From Octopus sinensis (Eukaryota), in the NCBI RefSeq assembly GCF_006345805.1, contig NC_043013.1, positions 55,490,001-55,554,000 of the forward strand: a DNA stretch of 64,000 nucleotides, read 5' to 3'. The translations under genes and the position numbers were made by a program. Below are positions 38,454-51,339 of this stretch, one piece after another; within the stretch, counting starts at the first letter, position 1, and each line of letters begins with the position of its first letter. The notes beneath the pieces are model-generated. The model searched no databases and was not told where the DNA came from. It saw only the letters and a list, made by a program, of their open reading frames with translations.

Positions 38454-39045
38454 ATAAAGAGAATAGAAAGTGCCAGATAATGGTCTTTACAGTCTCAAAT
38501 GATGAAAAAAAAAAGCAATATGAGTACAAAAAAAGAGGTACCAAAAAAAAAATAGAAAGTACCAGGCCCTAGCCATTGAATTACAGAGACTATGGAAAGT
38601 GTGGGTAAAATGTATCCCAGTATAGTTCAATTGGGAACTATCCCTAAACCTTTGGACAGATGGACAGAGGAAATAGGCATAAAACCAAGTAGATAAAGAG
38701 AATAGAAAGTGCCAGAGAAGTGACTTTACAGTTCCAAATGATGAAAAAATCGCTATGAGGGGTATAAAGAAAATAGCAAAGTTCCAGGACCTAGCAATTG
38801 AATTACAGAGACTGTGGAAAATGTGGGTAAAATGTATTCCAGTAATGCATTAGGAATTAACCCTAAAGTTTTAAACAAATGGATAGAGGAAAGTGCATAA
38901 AACCCAAGTTTAGTACAACCCCAGAAGACTTTGTTATTAGGGACAGCTAGGATACTTAGGAGGGTTCTTGGTATCTAAGGTTACCTTAGGAATTGATCTT
39001 AGGAATTTTTATTTTCCAACAGTCTAATCTGTTGAGCATATATGA

Positions 39046-39076
<31 letters not shown>

Positions 39077-39081
39077 ATAAT
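35250..39081 (+). mobile_element. R4/Dong-clade RLE non-LTR retrotransposon, near full-length, decayed, with (TAA)n 3' end
   Basis: N-terminal RGYRK.M..W..KGMF..TEQRLVDQA; RT motifs DYRPTTCL, WIDYRKAYD, LYMDVLKLF; CCHC-type CGLC...H..SEC; RHD; RLE RRPDLV..DK...KYQ.LA.EL.RLW. Many stops and frameshifts. Confidence 0.9.
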
Positions 39082-39285
39082 GGTTTCAAATTTTGGTACA
39101 AGGCTAGCAATTTAGTGGGAGAGGGTAAGTTGATGACATCGACCCCCCAGCACTCAACTAGTACTTATTTTATTGACCTCAAGAGGAAGAAAGGCAAAGT
39201 CAACCTTGGTGGTTTTTCAAGTCAGAATGTAAAGACAGACAAAATGCTGGCAAGCGTTTTGTTCAGCATGCTAACAATTCTGCCA
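39082..39285 (-). mobile_element. SINE family B, tail-to-tail with the Dong (TAA)n end
   Basis: Reverse complement of the family B sequence; its tail merges with the TAA tract. Confidence 0.8.
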
Positions 39286-39324
39286 CTTTAATAATGATGA
39301 GGATGATGATGAGGATGAGGATGA

Positions 39325-39575
39325 AGGGGCACTGGCAGCATTAAGAACCAAGTTTGAGAAATTTGGTTGAGAAATTGGGATTGATATGAGGATAGAACAT
39401 GCTCAGAAAATTGCTTTATTGGGGACAAGAGAGACTGGTAATTGAATGTTAAGTATTGTGGAAAGAGACCCTGTGAGACTTTTGACAAGTTGCTGTCTAC
39501 TCTTACTGAATTAGCCAAAGCAAGGGAAATGAAGAGCTCTGAGAAGCGAAATGGAAATAGTAATAAGAATAATGT
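39325..39575 (+). mobile_element. R4/Dong-like 3' fragment
   Basis: GALAALRTKFEKF..EIGIDMRIEHAQKIALLGT, ending in a TAA-rich tract. Confidence 0.65.
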
Positions 39576-39689
39576 TTTCATTAATAGCTACAAGGGCTGA
39601 AGAAACACAGAAAACCACAAATACATAATCTCATCAAAGAGTAACTGATGTGTGTGTGTGTAAATGTATGTATATGCATGAATTAAAAT

Positions 39690-39885
39690 AATTCTTTCTA
39701 CTCTAGGCACAAGGCCTGAAATATAGGGGAGGGGGCAGTTGATCACATCGACTCCAGTATGCAACTGGTACTTAATTCATCGGCCCCAAATGGATGAAAG
39801 GTAATGTTGACTTCAGTGGAATTTGAACTCAGAATGTAAAGACAGATGAAATACCCCTAAGCATTTCCCTTGGCATGAATTAAAA
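39690..39885 (-). mobile_element. SINE family B copy
   Basis: attctttctactctaggcacaaggcc...ggatgaaaggtaatgttgac...gaatttgaactcagaatg. Confidence 0.8.
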
Positions 39886-40232
39886 TAATAAGGCACAAAT
39901 ATTTAGACTGAGAAACATAAAGAAAACCTACAATAATTAGAATAAGATAATTAAAAGGATTTAAAACGTTGAAAAAAGGTACTGGTTGGGTTGGGCTAGA
40001 GTACCTCATATCTCTACTCACTTGCCTTGGCTTGTATTATTTTCTTGTGTACGCAAGAGTACCCATCAACATGTTTTTGAGTTGAATGGATTACATAAAC
40101 ACCCATGTCTTTGGGGAAGAACTGTTTCAAATCTTTATTGGGCATTTGCTTTGAGTTTAGGAACATTCCATTTTTAGCACCATTTCTCAAATTCCAAACC
40201 TAAATGTGTCTCTGTTGTTTTTGCCTCATCAG

Positions 40233-40247
40233 AATACGGCACCACAG
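40233..40247 (+). CDS. Candidate 15-nt microexon of an unidentified host gene (phase 1-1, xYGTTx)
   Basis: cctaaat branch-like site, tgtgtctctgttgtttttgcctcatcAG acceptor, exon aatacggcaccacag, GTATGT donor. No transcript evidence is available. Confidence 0.3.
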
Positions 40248-41654
40248 GTATGTGATTCTACCTATTGGTTGTTGGTTTGATTTCGGAAAAATGGAGAATC
40301 TCAGTTCCTCTTCATTATTATTCTGAAGAGGAAGGTAGCAAGCTGAAAGGGCAAAATACTAGTTGCATTTCACCTGTCTTTGTGTTCAGAGTTCAAATTC
40401 CACTGAAGTCGACTTAGCTTTGTCATCCTTTCAGCCTTGATGAAATAAGTACCATTTGACCACTAGAGGTCAGCGTAATTTATTGTCCCCGTTCCACAAA
40501 ATTTCAGGCTTTGTGACAATAGCAGAAAGGCTTATTACTCCGAGGAAGGACATCATTGTTATTTTGCACAAAATTGATGAGGAGGACCTCATCAATTTTA
40601 ATTGTTCTCAATTGACTTTTCTTTGCTCTGTGTGTGTGTGTATGGAGGGGGTTCCTTTGCCTTTTGTCGAACAGTTTGAATTTTGTTCTCCACAGACATC
40701 AGCTCTTCCTCAATACATAATGATGGACAGGCACTATTGGTAGCTACTGCTTGAGGACAAGTGGTTTTGCATTTACTTCCAGAACAGAGAATGAGGTGAC
40801 TTCCTCTGTTTGTTGTTTCTAAAGCTTTGACTGATGACACTTTGGAAAACTGGGACTTCTTATTCTTTTTTCTGCTTTAGCCAGTTTCCATTACCATTTT
40901 CTTGTTTAGACTTTCCAATTCTTCCAGGCATTTAGCTTTGAAATAGCTCGTATTATGATAAATATAACAACTAAGCTTTTTGCTCTTTTTCAACACCTTC
41001 AATTGAGCACATTTCTGGTAGCATTTTGAGGCCTCTAGAAGGGTCATTAGGCCTTTCATTTCCATTTTGATGTTCCTGACTAATGTCACCTCTTGGCAGC
41101 TCTGCTTTAACCACCTGACCGTTAACAATATAAAACTGATGAACAGCCACAGGTTTACATGGTTTCCAATGTTTTTATGGTCATACAAGTATTTCTTTGT
41201 TCCATATACTAAGCTACAGAAGACAACCTAAATTGAGATTTCCTTCCATTCTGATTGTAATTGCTTTTTTAATAATCCTTATGGTTGAACCAAATACTGG
41301 ACCTCACTATCAGTGAAGAGTTCTCTTGCACATCCTTAGCATATCTAGACATGCACCCCACAGACTGACCTTTCTCATCTGGGCATAAAATATTTTTGGC
41401 TCCACAAGGATCCAGTGAGACACAAATTGGAGTTCTACTCCTACACATGAGTTGCTGCTGTTGCTGCTGCTACTCACATATAGGTGTCCTGGATTACATA
41501 CAGAGAAAAGCTACTTGACTGACGGGCATTCAGTCTCTAATAATCATGATCCAATGTCTGGCCCACAACTTAGCTCTTCCCTTGAAATAATAACAACAAC
41601 AATAATGATAATAAAATAGATATATACAATCCTCTGAAGTGTAAAATAGCCTAG

Positions 41655-41943
41655 CTATAGAAAATAAAGACCCCAATTGTTGTCGGGTCTTTGAGGGACT
41701 GTATCAGAAGGCACCAAGAGGAAAGTAAAGGAAATCAAAACAGAAAGCCTAGTAGAGCTGTTACAAAAGATTTGCTTCCTTGGCATGGTCAGAAAAATCA
41801 GGAAAGTACCAGATAGTTGGAAAGAACACGTAGCATGGTACCGTAGATTCCAGGTAGTAAAGTCACTACTCATGCAAAACTCCAAGAGTTCCAACTAAAT
41901 CTGAGTTAGAATGATAATAATAATAATAATAATAGTAATAATA
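41655..41943 (+). mobile_element. R4/Dong-like 3' fragment ending in (TAA)n
   Basis: IKTPIVVGSL...EIKTESLVELLQKICFLGMVRKIRKV, then 3'UTR and TAA repeats. Confidence 0.65.
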
Positions 41944-42426
41944 GATGCAGTACCAGGCAGTGGCTCTCATGGCTTCTGATCTTTACTGATTGGAAGTGTT
42001 ATCATGTACATTGTTTTGTCTTGGTATAAAAGATGGGCTACAGCAAATATTCTGCTCAATACCACAGATTTGCTTGTCAGTTGTTTGACCTTAACCAGTT
42101 GAGCATGTCCCTCAGTGGCTGACGATATGTGCATCTCTGATCACGAGCAGAAGTAGTGGGGGAGCATCATAGCCATGTGTTGAGAAGGATTCTTTGGGGT
42201 TTGAATAATTCACCTCTGGAAACATGGGTGTTTCGTTCAACATCCTTAAACAACCCTTATTCAGGGACCTTTTGAGCAGGATGATGAGATCACCATGTCG
42301 CGCACATATGGTTGTGATGCATGTGCCTGGTGTACCCTTATCAGACGGGTAGTCATGATGGGTATACTGGGCTTCGTATATTTTACCCCAGTTTCACTTT
42401 GATGGCATGCTCTGCTCGCTCACTCA
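41944..42426 (+). mobile_element. Family C non-coding element flanked by (TAA)n
   Basis: Begins right after the TAA tract and ends ctcactca-(ATA)n. It lacks ~70 bp relative to 34005-34440. Confidence 0.78.
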
Positions 42427-42484
42427 ATAATAATAATAATGATAATAATACTGATGATGATGATGATGATGATGGTGGGGATAA

Positions 42485-42518
<34 letters not shown>

Positions 42519-42606
42519 GCTGATGATGATAATGGTGGTGGCGGTGACGATGGTGATGATGATGATGGTGGTGGTGGTGGTGGTGATGATGATAATGGTG
42601 GTGGTA

Positions 42607-42655
<49 letters not shown>
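42427..42655. repeat. (TAA)/(GAT)/(GGT) compound trinucleotide repeat
   Basis: Direct reading. Confidence 0.95.
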
Positions 42656-42656
<1 letters not shown>

Positions 42657-44977
42657 ATATGATTAAGTAGGTGGTGAAATTTTGAATTGGATGGAATCGG
42701 TGATGGTACATGTGAACAATAAATAATCCAAGAAGTGTGGCTGTTAAAAATGATATAATTGTCATGAGAAAAGAGAAAAAGCTTGAAGATTCAGTCTCAG
42801 ACTCTTTGTTAAGGAAGAGAAGAGAGAATTCTGTGTATTTTAGTTCACATATACCCAACGGTAATTTTAGTAATGAAAGCTGAAAGAATATGATTGAAAG
42901 TAGCTTACAAATCAGGGAGTGTGGAGGTTTGTGGTAGGTGGAAACGTTAAACATATGCAACATGAATGGTAAGGAGAAGCAGTGCCTGTGTGTATGATCT
43001 TTAAATTGTATCTGAGAATGAAAAATAAAACAAAAACGTTTTCTCGTTATTTTCCTGGATCAACTTTATGACATTATTTTCAGTAAAAGCTGATTTTTAT
43101 GATACAAATTATTGAAATAACATTTCCAATCACGTTTTTACATATTGGGAGAAATATTTCGATAAATCAAAGAAAAAAAGTACGAAAATTATGTAATGTA
43201 TATGAAAGATTAACTCTTCAACTACAAATATTGGAGAGCAAATGGCACTTAAATCTGAATGACTTCAGCTGCAATATAAATGATTCAAAGAAAACTGGTG
43301 AATATGTTACTGTAGAACAATTATATGTCGAACAATGGAGCGTATCTTTCTTCGCTATTGTCATCAAGATTTCCAAGACCTATTGGATAATGGTTTTACA
43401 ATTCCCAATGGAAAAAAAAAATTAATCATTAACAATACAAGTGACTTACAAATGCAATGAATTGACCAAAGTCTGTGCATGAAAGACATCAGACTCAGAA
43501 CTGTACCAAACTTGTTTGCAAATTGTGATATCAAATAATTGATCTAAAACTATATGTCTCAATACATCTAAAGAGAACAAATGAGGGAATCTCAAACTGG
43601 TTTATCAACCTGATAGAAATAGCAACTAAATCTCTTTCAAGTCTCACCCTACAATTCTAAAAAAAATGTAAAGAAACATTGTGCCATGTAAACCAGTATA
43701 TGTTATGTTACAAATACAAAATCACATTTGAAACACCTTTTTATCATATGTTTGCACAATTAAGGCTGATATGAGGTAAAATTTCTACAACAAGAGACCA
43801 ATATGGAAGGATTATATCACACCTAGAAATTTTAGCTCTTCCAAAGAGAACAAACACAGAAACTGTATCACACTTAGAAGAGATACATCTTTACCATTGA
43901 GATAATTTATTTCTATTATTTATATTCAGCTGAAGAATTGCAGTAATATCAATTACTGGCCAGTGACAGGGTCTCTATATTTCCAGCTATAAAAGGGTCA
44001 AGGAAGTTATCTGTGTAACTCAGTGCAGAACAAATATTACTGAGAACTTTGTTTAAAAGTACTAAGTTTTCAAAGTTAATATAAACATCACATGCATTGT
44101 TTTAGCTCCAGAGAAGAAACATCTTTGACTCAGTAAATCTGGAAACTCAAAAGTAGAGAAATTCACAATACTTTCAATAATGAGCATGAATGAAAAAAGA
44201 ATATACTGTCACCAAAACATATACCGATACAGCTTGTGAATTGCAAATAAATATGTTTTAATATCCAATGTAGTTGCCAGTTGACTTGGGTCTTGACAAC
44301 TGAGCTAACCAGCATGGAAAAGCAAAAGGGATGATAATGATGATGGTGGTGGTAGGGATCATGTCATCCATGGCAATGATGATGATGAAAATAAGGATGA
44401 TACCTAATGTGTTGATAATGATATTCACTGAGTTTTATTTGTTTGAATTGCATTAAGAAGTAAAAAAAAAGATTTCATCATAACAACAAGGAAAGTGTAA
44501 AGAAAAATAATAGAAATGAAAATGTCCAAATACTTTACGATATTATCCTTATCACTTTCTATAAACCATGAACATAAAGAATATAAAGATTACTTATATG
44601 GTATGATCTCCATTCAAAGTAAAAAAAAAGTTCATAAAATAAAACTGAAAAAATATAACAAAAAAAGGGGAATTATTTGAAAATTCATTAAAAATAAATC
44701 TATATGGAAATGAAAGATATTTGACATTCTCAGAATTATGAAATCTTCAGCATTTTGTAAAGAAGGTATCTGCTTGATGCCATGTTCAATTTGTATTTTA
44801 ATCATAAAGTGTAGAAAGAAAGTGTTGACAAAACTATAGTTTTAACCATATCATGTCAAAAGGAAGGATATTAACAAAATATCTTGTTATATTCTTTTAT
44901 ATGTGGACTTGCCTTCGTCTAAGGCAGAGATCTGTAAATGAATGAGTTTGTGTGTATATTGTATATATATATATATA

Positions 44978-45053
<76 letters not shown>

Positions 45054-45108
45054 GGTGGTGCATCATCAAGGTCGCAACTCTGAGCTGAAACAAGAAAAAC
45101 AAAAAACG

Positions 45109-45164
<56 letters not shown>

Positions 45165-45344
45165 AACACACACATATATATATATATATATATGGATACA
45201 TATTTGAATATATGTACACACTTATGTATGCATACATTCTTTTATAATTTGCATACCTAAATAAATGTAGATAAACCATATATGTAAATATATGAATACG
45301 CACATATACACACACATGAATCTATCTATCTATCTATCTATCTA

Positions 45345-45393
<49 letters not shown>

Positions 45394-46057
45394 TCATATT
45401 CACATACACATACACACATTGCCAGATTGATAGATAAACATATACTTATGCAACATCTTAATCATATATTTACACCTGTAAATATACAGAAGTATTCTTA
45501 TGTACTGATTTTTACACAAGTATGCACATGTGTGTGAGTGTGTGCATCTGTGATATGCATACACATATGTAAAGATAGATACATATATACAAGCATATGC
45601 AAGTATACACATACACACATACTCATATATCACATGTACACATAGCATGTGCGTAATGCACCACAGTTAATAGGACTTTGATACTCAGTAGATAAATGGA
45701 GCCACCTAATGGAATCAATTTATTTAAACCCTCACAGTAACGATGAAATAATTAAAATGTCAAGTGTTCACTACATCACATTTGTCTTGCTTGAAATATA
45801 CCTTTGCTTTCGTATCAAAAGGAATAATTTTTTTGAAACCTTTCAAAGTAATATTGTATTGAAATAAATGATGTCAAAATTTTCCCATGAAACTTAAATA
45901 GCTAAACATATCATCATCATCATTATTTTAGTTGTTGTCGTCATTGATGTTGAAGTAATCATCACTGTCATCACTGATATCATTTTTACAACAAACGTCC
46001 TTGTCATCATCATCATCATTTGTATATCCATTTATCCATGCTGGTAGGGCATTGAAG

Positions 46058-46294
46058 AGGACGGTGAGCTGGCAAAAACGTCAGCTACCGGGCGAAATGC
46101 TTAGCGGTATTTCGTCTGCCATTACGTTCTGAGTTCAAATTCCGCCACGGTTGACTTTATCTTTCATCCTTTCGGGGTCGATAAATTAAGTACCAGTTAT
46201 GCACTGGGGTCGATGTAATTGACTTAATCCGTCTGTCTGTCCTTGTTTGTTTCCTCTGTGTTTAGCCCCTTGTGGGTAGTAAAGAAATAGGTAT
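46058..46294 (+). mobile_element. SINE family B, complete, with 10-bp TSD
   Basis: ggcattgaag at 46048-46057 and 46295-46304 flanks the element. Confidence 0.9.
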
Positions 46295-46704
46295 GGCATT
46301 GAAGGAACATGTTTTCTTCGGTACAGAGTCTTTCTATATGTTATTGTATTTGTCTTCCCATTCTTGAGATTAGCCTCATCCACTTCTCCCCATCTCATCT
46401 CTCGTCTCCCTCTTCCACAAGTTCTTCCTACATAAACCACTTTGCACATCTTCACCCACTGGCAACCCTCCATGTGGCCTCCATGTGTTTGTGCTGGCAC
46501 AGTTTCTCTCTTGCCTTTTCCATCGAGTGTGGAGGCACATGGCTTAGTGGTTAGGGTGTTGGACTCATGGTCATAAGATTTCGGTTTCAGTTCCTGGATC
46601 GGGTGCTGCATGTGTGTTCTTGAGCAAAACACTTCATTTCATGTTGCTCCAGCTGACTCAACAGGCCAGAATGAGTAATCCTGTAAGGAACTGGCCTCCT
46701 GCCT

Positions 46705-46912
46705 AAGCTGGAAGAAAAGGTAGCATGCCGGACAAAATGCTTAGAGGTATTTCGTCTGTCTTTACATTCTGAGTTCAAATTCCGTCGAGGTTGACTTTGC
46801 CTTTCATCCTTTCAGGGTCACTAAATTAGGTACTAGTTGTGTACTGGGATTGATCTAATCAACTGGCCCCCTCCCCCAAAATTTCGGGCTTTGTACCTAG
46901 AGCAGAAAATAA
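46705..46912 (+). mobile_element. SINE family B copy
   Basis: aaatgcttagaggtatttcg...gagttcaaattccg...ctttcatcctttc. Confidence 0.82.
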
Positions 46913-48239
46913 CTGGCCTCCTGCTTTGGGGAAGGGATTCATATGCCATGGAAGCAGGTAAACCAGCCGTTATGAGTTGGAATGACTTGAAAAGGCAAGT
47001 TTACATTTACATCCAATTTGTTTAACTCCGAGTTTATCTCTCAGCTCCTTAGAGCTAACTCTCTCTCTTGTTCACACACACTATCATTACAAATAGAGTA
47101 GGGTTAATGTCCCCTACATTTCATTTCAGCCTTCATATATCCCTTGTGTTTGGTACTCACACCCTGATCTTATGCAACACCACCAAAGCATCAGAATTTA
47201 TGCTCCACTCAGTGAGAAAAATCCTTTGGAGGTGCTACAAGAGACAGTTATGTTCCATTTGGAGAATGTTGGTTTTTTTGCTTTTGCAAAGAATATCTTG
47301 TATGGATTAAGGTTGTGTGTGTGGATAGTAACTGTGTGCAAAAATAATTGAAGAATAATTACATAGAGCTAAAACATTTCCTATTGCTAGGAAAATTCCA
47401 AACCAAAGTTAAAAAACGCACACACACACACACACACACACACAAAATAATTATAATTTAGTTTAAAGTGTTTTAGAAAGCCATTAAAATGTCAGTTGGA
47501 AACAAAAGAATGAAAACAAAGACATGACAAAAAGAAGGTAGATTTTTTTCCTTACATTTCAGCTTTAAGAAGCCCTTATCAAAAGAAAATGGAACCTGAA
47601 TCTGATCTACTCAGATATGTAGGGATTGGATAGTATGACATGTACAAATTTTAATATTAGACAATTAAGTACCACAACTCTTGTCTGTTGCTAATGGTAG
47701 GATTAAATTTTTAATGAAATCTAGTCCCATAGTGACACTCCTATTGATACCCATCTACCCCGGACAATAAGAGATGCCACTGGCAAACAACAAGAGTGCC
47801 AGATTAGTCCCAAGCAGCTGGTAACTAAATACTGTTCTTTGTATACACCAAAGAGAAACATCTCATTGCAGTGGTGCCTGAAGTGTGAAACATTTAGGAA
47901 TTTAGGCACTACAAACTTGCCAATCTACTGTAAACTTTGTGAGCACCCATCACAGCATTATGGATGGGCATGGCCCTAAAGTGAAGGCAACATGATTGAG
48001 ATGGTGTTCACTCAGGAAACCTACAACTCTGAATAGAAATGATGTTCATAGTCGCAGAGTTTTCAGTTGCCTTGTTAATGCTGCCCACAGTAGTGCACTT
48101 GTCTAGAAATAACTCATTGACTGCCATCAAACTTTCATATGATTTTTAGATGCAGGAAGCAGAGAGAGGAGTTTTCCTCTTCACTTCTATACCAACCATT
48201 TAATTTCATCTAGACTCTTCTACTTTGACCCTACATCTT

Positions 48240-48570
48240 CAAGCATCTACAATGCCTTGACCATTATTTTGAACAACACCAATTTCCATAATGGTGACTA
48301 CACATACAGAGTGACACCAAGACTAATCAATTAGTTAACTTTCTCAGGTTTGTCCATCATCACACTCGTGAGCCAGCTAGAGCCCAGAGCACTTACCCTA
48401 CAACAGGGTCATCAGGATCGATTCTTGTGAGGAGATAAAAAAAATTCTATTGTATCACATGATGGTCAAGTAGACAGACTTTGAAATGGAACATCACGAC
48501 AATACCTGATATCTTTCTGTAAATATGAACTTACATAGGATCTCTGTTTGCAAGGGTCTGTTTATATATT
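48240..48570 (+). mobile_element. Possible Penelope-like RT remnant
   Basis: LTIILNNTNFHNGDYTY and a RQYL-like stretch loosely resemble PLE RT segments. It is very decayed. Confidence 0.3.
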
Positions 48571-49984
48571 AAGGAATTGATCATGCCAATTAATATGAAG
48601 GCTACCCTATACAGAACAAAATCTCCCATATAAATAACAGATATAAGGAATCAAGAGTTAGAACTGCCAAAACCAAGCAGTTCCAAAAGTTTACTAATTC
48701 ATAGTGGCTCTCCAGCATCCTTAACCAGACTGCAGAATGATAATAAACTCTAAAATGATGTTAATAATCCCAGCAGTTGCCAACACTTGGTTTTTAAAGA
48801 TTTCACACTTTAGTTACTGTTGTAATTGACTCAGCAATTTTGAGGGAGGAATCATGTACATACAACTAGCACCTTCTCAGCCATCATTCTGTAATGGGAA
48901 TCTGCTTCCTACAGCAACAATGTATCCACAATATTCACTAACATTATAGACGTGTTTAGGGATTTAAGACTGACTAATATAGCAATGAATCTGTGCAAGT
49001 CACAGATTCCTCATATAAGCGATAAGCACGGTGTCCTTTTTCTCTTGATAAAGAATTTTAAAGCCAAAATATCATAATATAAAGAGTGTGAACTTTTGTT
49101 TTTTGTTTCATTCCGCTTTTAAGTCTGTTGCGCAACACTTCATATAAACATTTATATAGAAATTTACTTTTTAAACAAGTTGCTCTTCACAAGGTGACAC
49201 ACTGAATTTTGTTTTACTTTTCTTTTCTTTATATGTATAATTAAGCTGATATTCCCTATCCATTTAAACACAACAATTTGATTTCCTCTATGATTTACGA
49301 AAGCAAGTCGTCTATATGAAATTCACACTAAGAGTCCATTGAAAATAGCAGCTGTATACCAAAACTTCAAGTTCAAAGTATCGGAAAGAAAAGCAATAAA
49401 CATTGTCAGATTGAAGGCTTGTAGACTTAACAATAGGAATAAGTGTCTTTTGCTTTACTAGTAAGCTACAGTCTCCTTTCTTCTCTTTCTTCTCGTATTT
49501 GAATAGAGAGAAATACACATTCCTAATATCACTTAAGATTGCTAAGCTATGAACAGAAAATAAATTATCAATTCAACAAGAGGATGGTACAGTCTTTAAG
49601 CCTTCTAAGTGTGCAGTGTAGAAGGAGAAAAGCTGTAATTAACCAACATAATTATTCACATGGAAAATCATATCCATTGTGTGGAAAGGAAGTAACCTTT
49701 TAGTTGTTTTAAGTAGGCATTCTGCTTTTGTTTTAATTTATGTGAATTGCAAGATCGTTGGATGTACAGCCAGTTTCCTGAATATTCTGCTTAACAGAAG
49801 TGTTTCCAATGCTCTGTCAATCACAAAGTGACATTCTCTGTCAAAAATCATCACTCACAGAATACAAGAATACTCCTCTAGCTGTAATTAGAATTTACTG
49901 TTAATGCAAAATATTTATCTGTAAAAGATAATACAGTTAAATCTGTTACAAGCCAAAGTCACCAATAATAATAATAATAATAAT

Positions 49985-50410
49985 AATTCTTTCTACTACA
50001 GGCTCAAGGCCTGAAATTTTAGTGGAGTGGTAGGGTCAGTCAATTACAATGACCCCAGGGCTTAGTTGGTTCTTATTTTATCAACACTGAAAGGAAGAAA
50101 AGCAAAGTTGATCTCAGTGGAATTTCAACTCAGGAAATAAAACCTGAGAAAATGCCACAAAGCATTTTGTCTGCTATTGTAACAATTCTGCCAGCTCACT
50201 CCCTTAACAAAGGCTTCTGATTAAGGCACATGGTCAAAAGTTTTGAGGGAAGGGGTTAGTCCAGAATATTAATTTCGGTATTTGACTGGTAGTTTATTTT
50301 ATTGATCTCCAGTAGGATGAAAGATAAAATTGACCTAAATTGAATTTGAACTCAGGACCCAAACAAATACCAAAGGACCTTTAGCCTGATGTTCTGACCA
50401 TTCTGTCAAG
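49985..50410 (-). mobile_element. Two adjacent SINE family B copies
   Basis: Two successive reverse-complement family B bodies (~49985-50200 and ~50210-50410). Confidence 0.72.
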
Positions 50411-51339
50411 TCATTATTTTTGACTCACAAAAAAAAAAAAAAAAAAAAAACCCCAGCAAAATAAAAACAGTAAATAAGCACAAAATACATGAAAATGTTG
50501 AAAGATGGCAAAGTAATTCTAGTAAAATTTATTGAAAATAGAAAAAATAGAAAAAAATGCAAATATTTAGTCAGCAATTTGGTATCATATGTTACTGCAT
50601 GGTTGATATCAAACCCTAGAATGATTTCAACTCCATCACACAGAAATTGGTAAACAGTTCTTATGAAAACAGAATCAGTCAACCCAAAGTTAATAGGGAA
50701 ATGTGTATTTTGAATCTAATCATAAAAAATAAGGGAAACATGGCACTGAAAATTTGATTTTTCCAGAAAGATAAACCAGTATTCCAAAAATGATAGAATG
50801 ATGACAATCCAAAGAAAGGGCACAAGACTCTTTTCAAATCTCATAGATAATACATAACAAGCATTACTGGGCATGAATCCATAGTCTTCTGCGATAGTCT
50901 CTCCACACCCTCTGCCACATAAAAGAAACAAGACTAGGACAAAGCCTTTGAATAACATTTGGAGAGAATATAGTTTGATCGTCATGTAACTTAGGACACC
51001 ACAAGACTAACTAGTTTACGATACATGTTCCAAGTTCAAAATAATATTAGAAATTAAAATAGAACACTTTAATGAAACAATCAGTGACGAAAACTACAAA
51101 GCAAACAATAAAAATTAAAAGCATTAAGAATTTAAATCCTGGAAATAGAGTTAACACAGGCAAAATAAATGACAAAACAACAAAGTCAACGCACGCAGAA
51201 TATTGACCAATAAAAAGGTAACTTGAACATGAATAAAAAAATATATTAAAAAATGAGAATATGTGCAAGATTTAATAATAGGAAATGATAAAAGTAGGAA
51301 TCCTGAAAATGACAATTTAAAGGATGAAATAATTAAAGA

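Noticed and set aside
43070-43115. Acceptor ttattttcag followed by KADFYDTNY
   Set aside because: It stops after 10 codons with no donor or supporting context.
48390-48420. Minus-strand CTGATGA followed by a CCCT/AGGG hairpin (hammerhead-like)
   Set aside because: GAAA is absent (TAAG instead) and no stems I or III are found.
49294-49461. 55-codon open frame ending near a gtaagc donor-like site
   Set aside because: Weak acceptor, phase incompatible with the other candidates, and open frames of this length are common by chance at this AT content.
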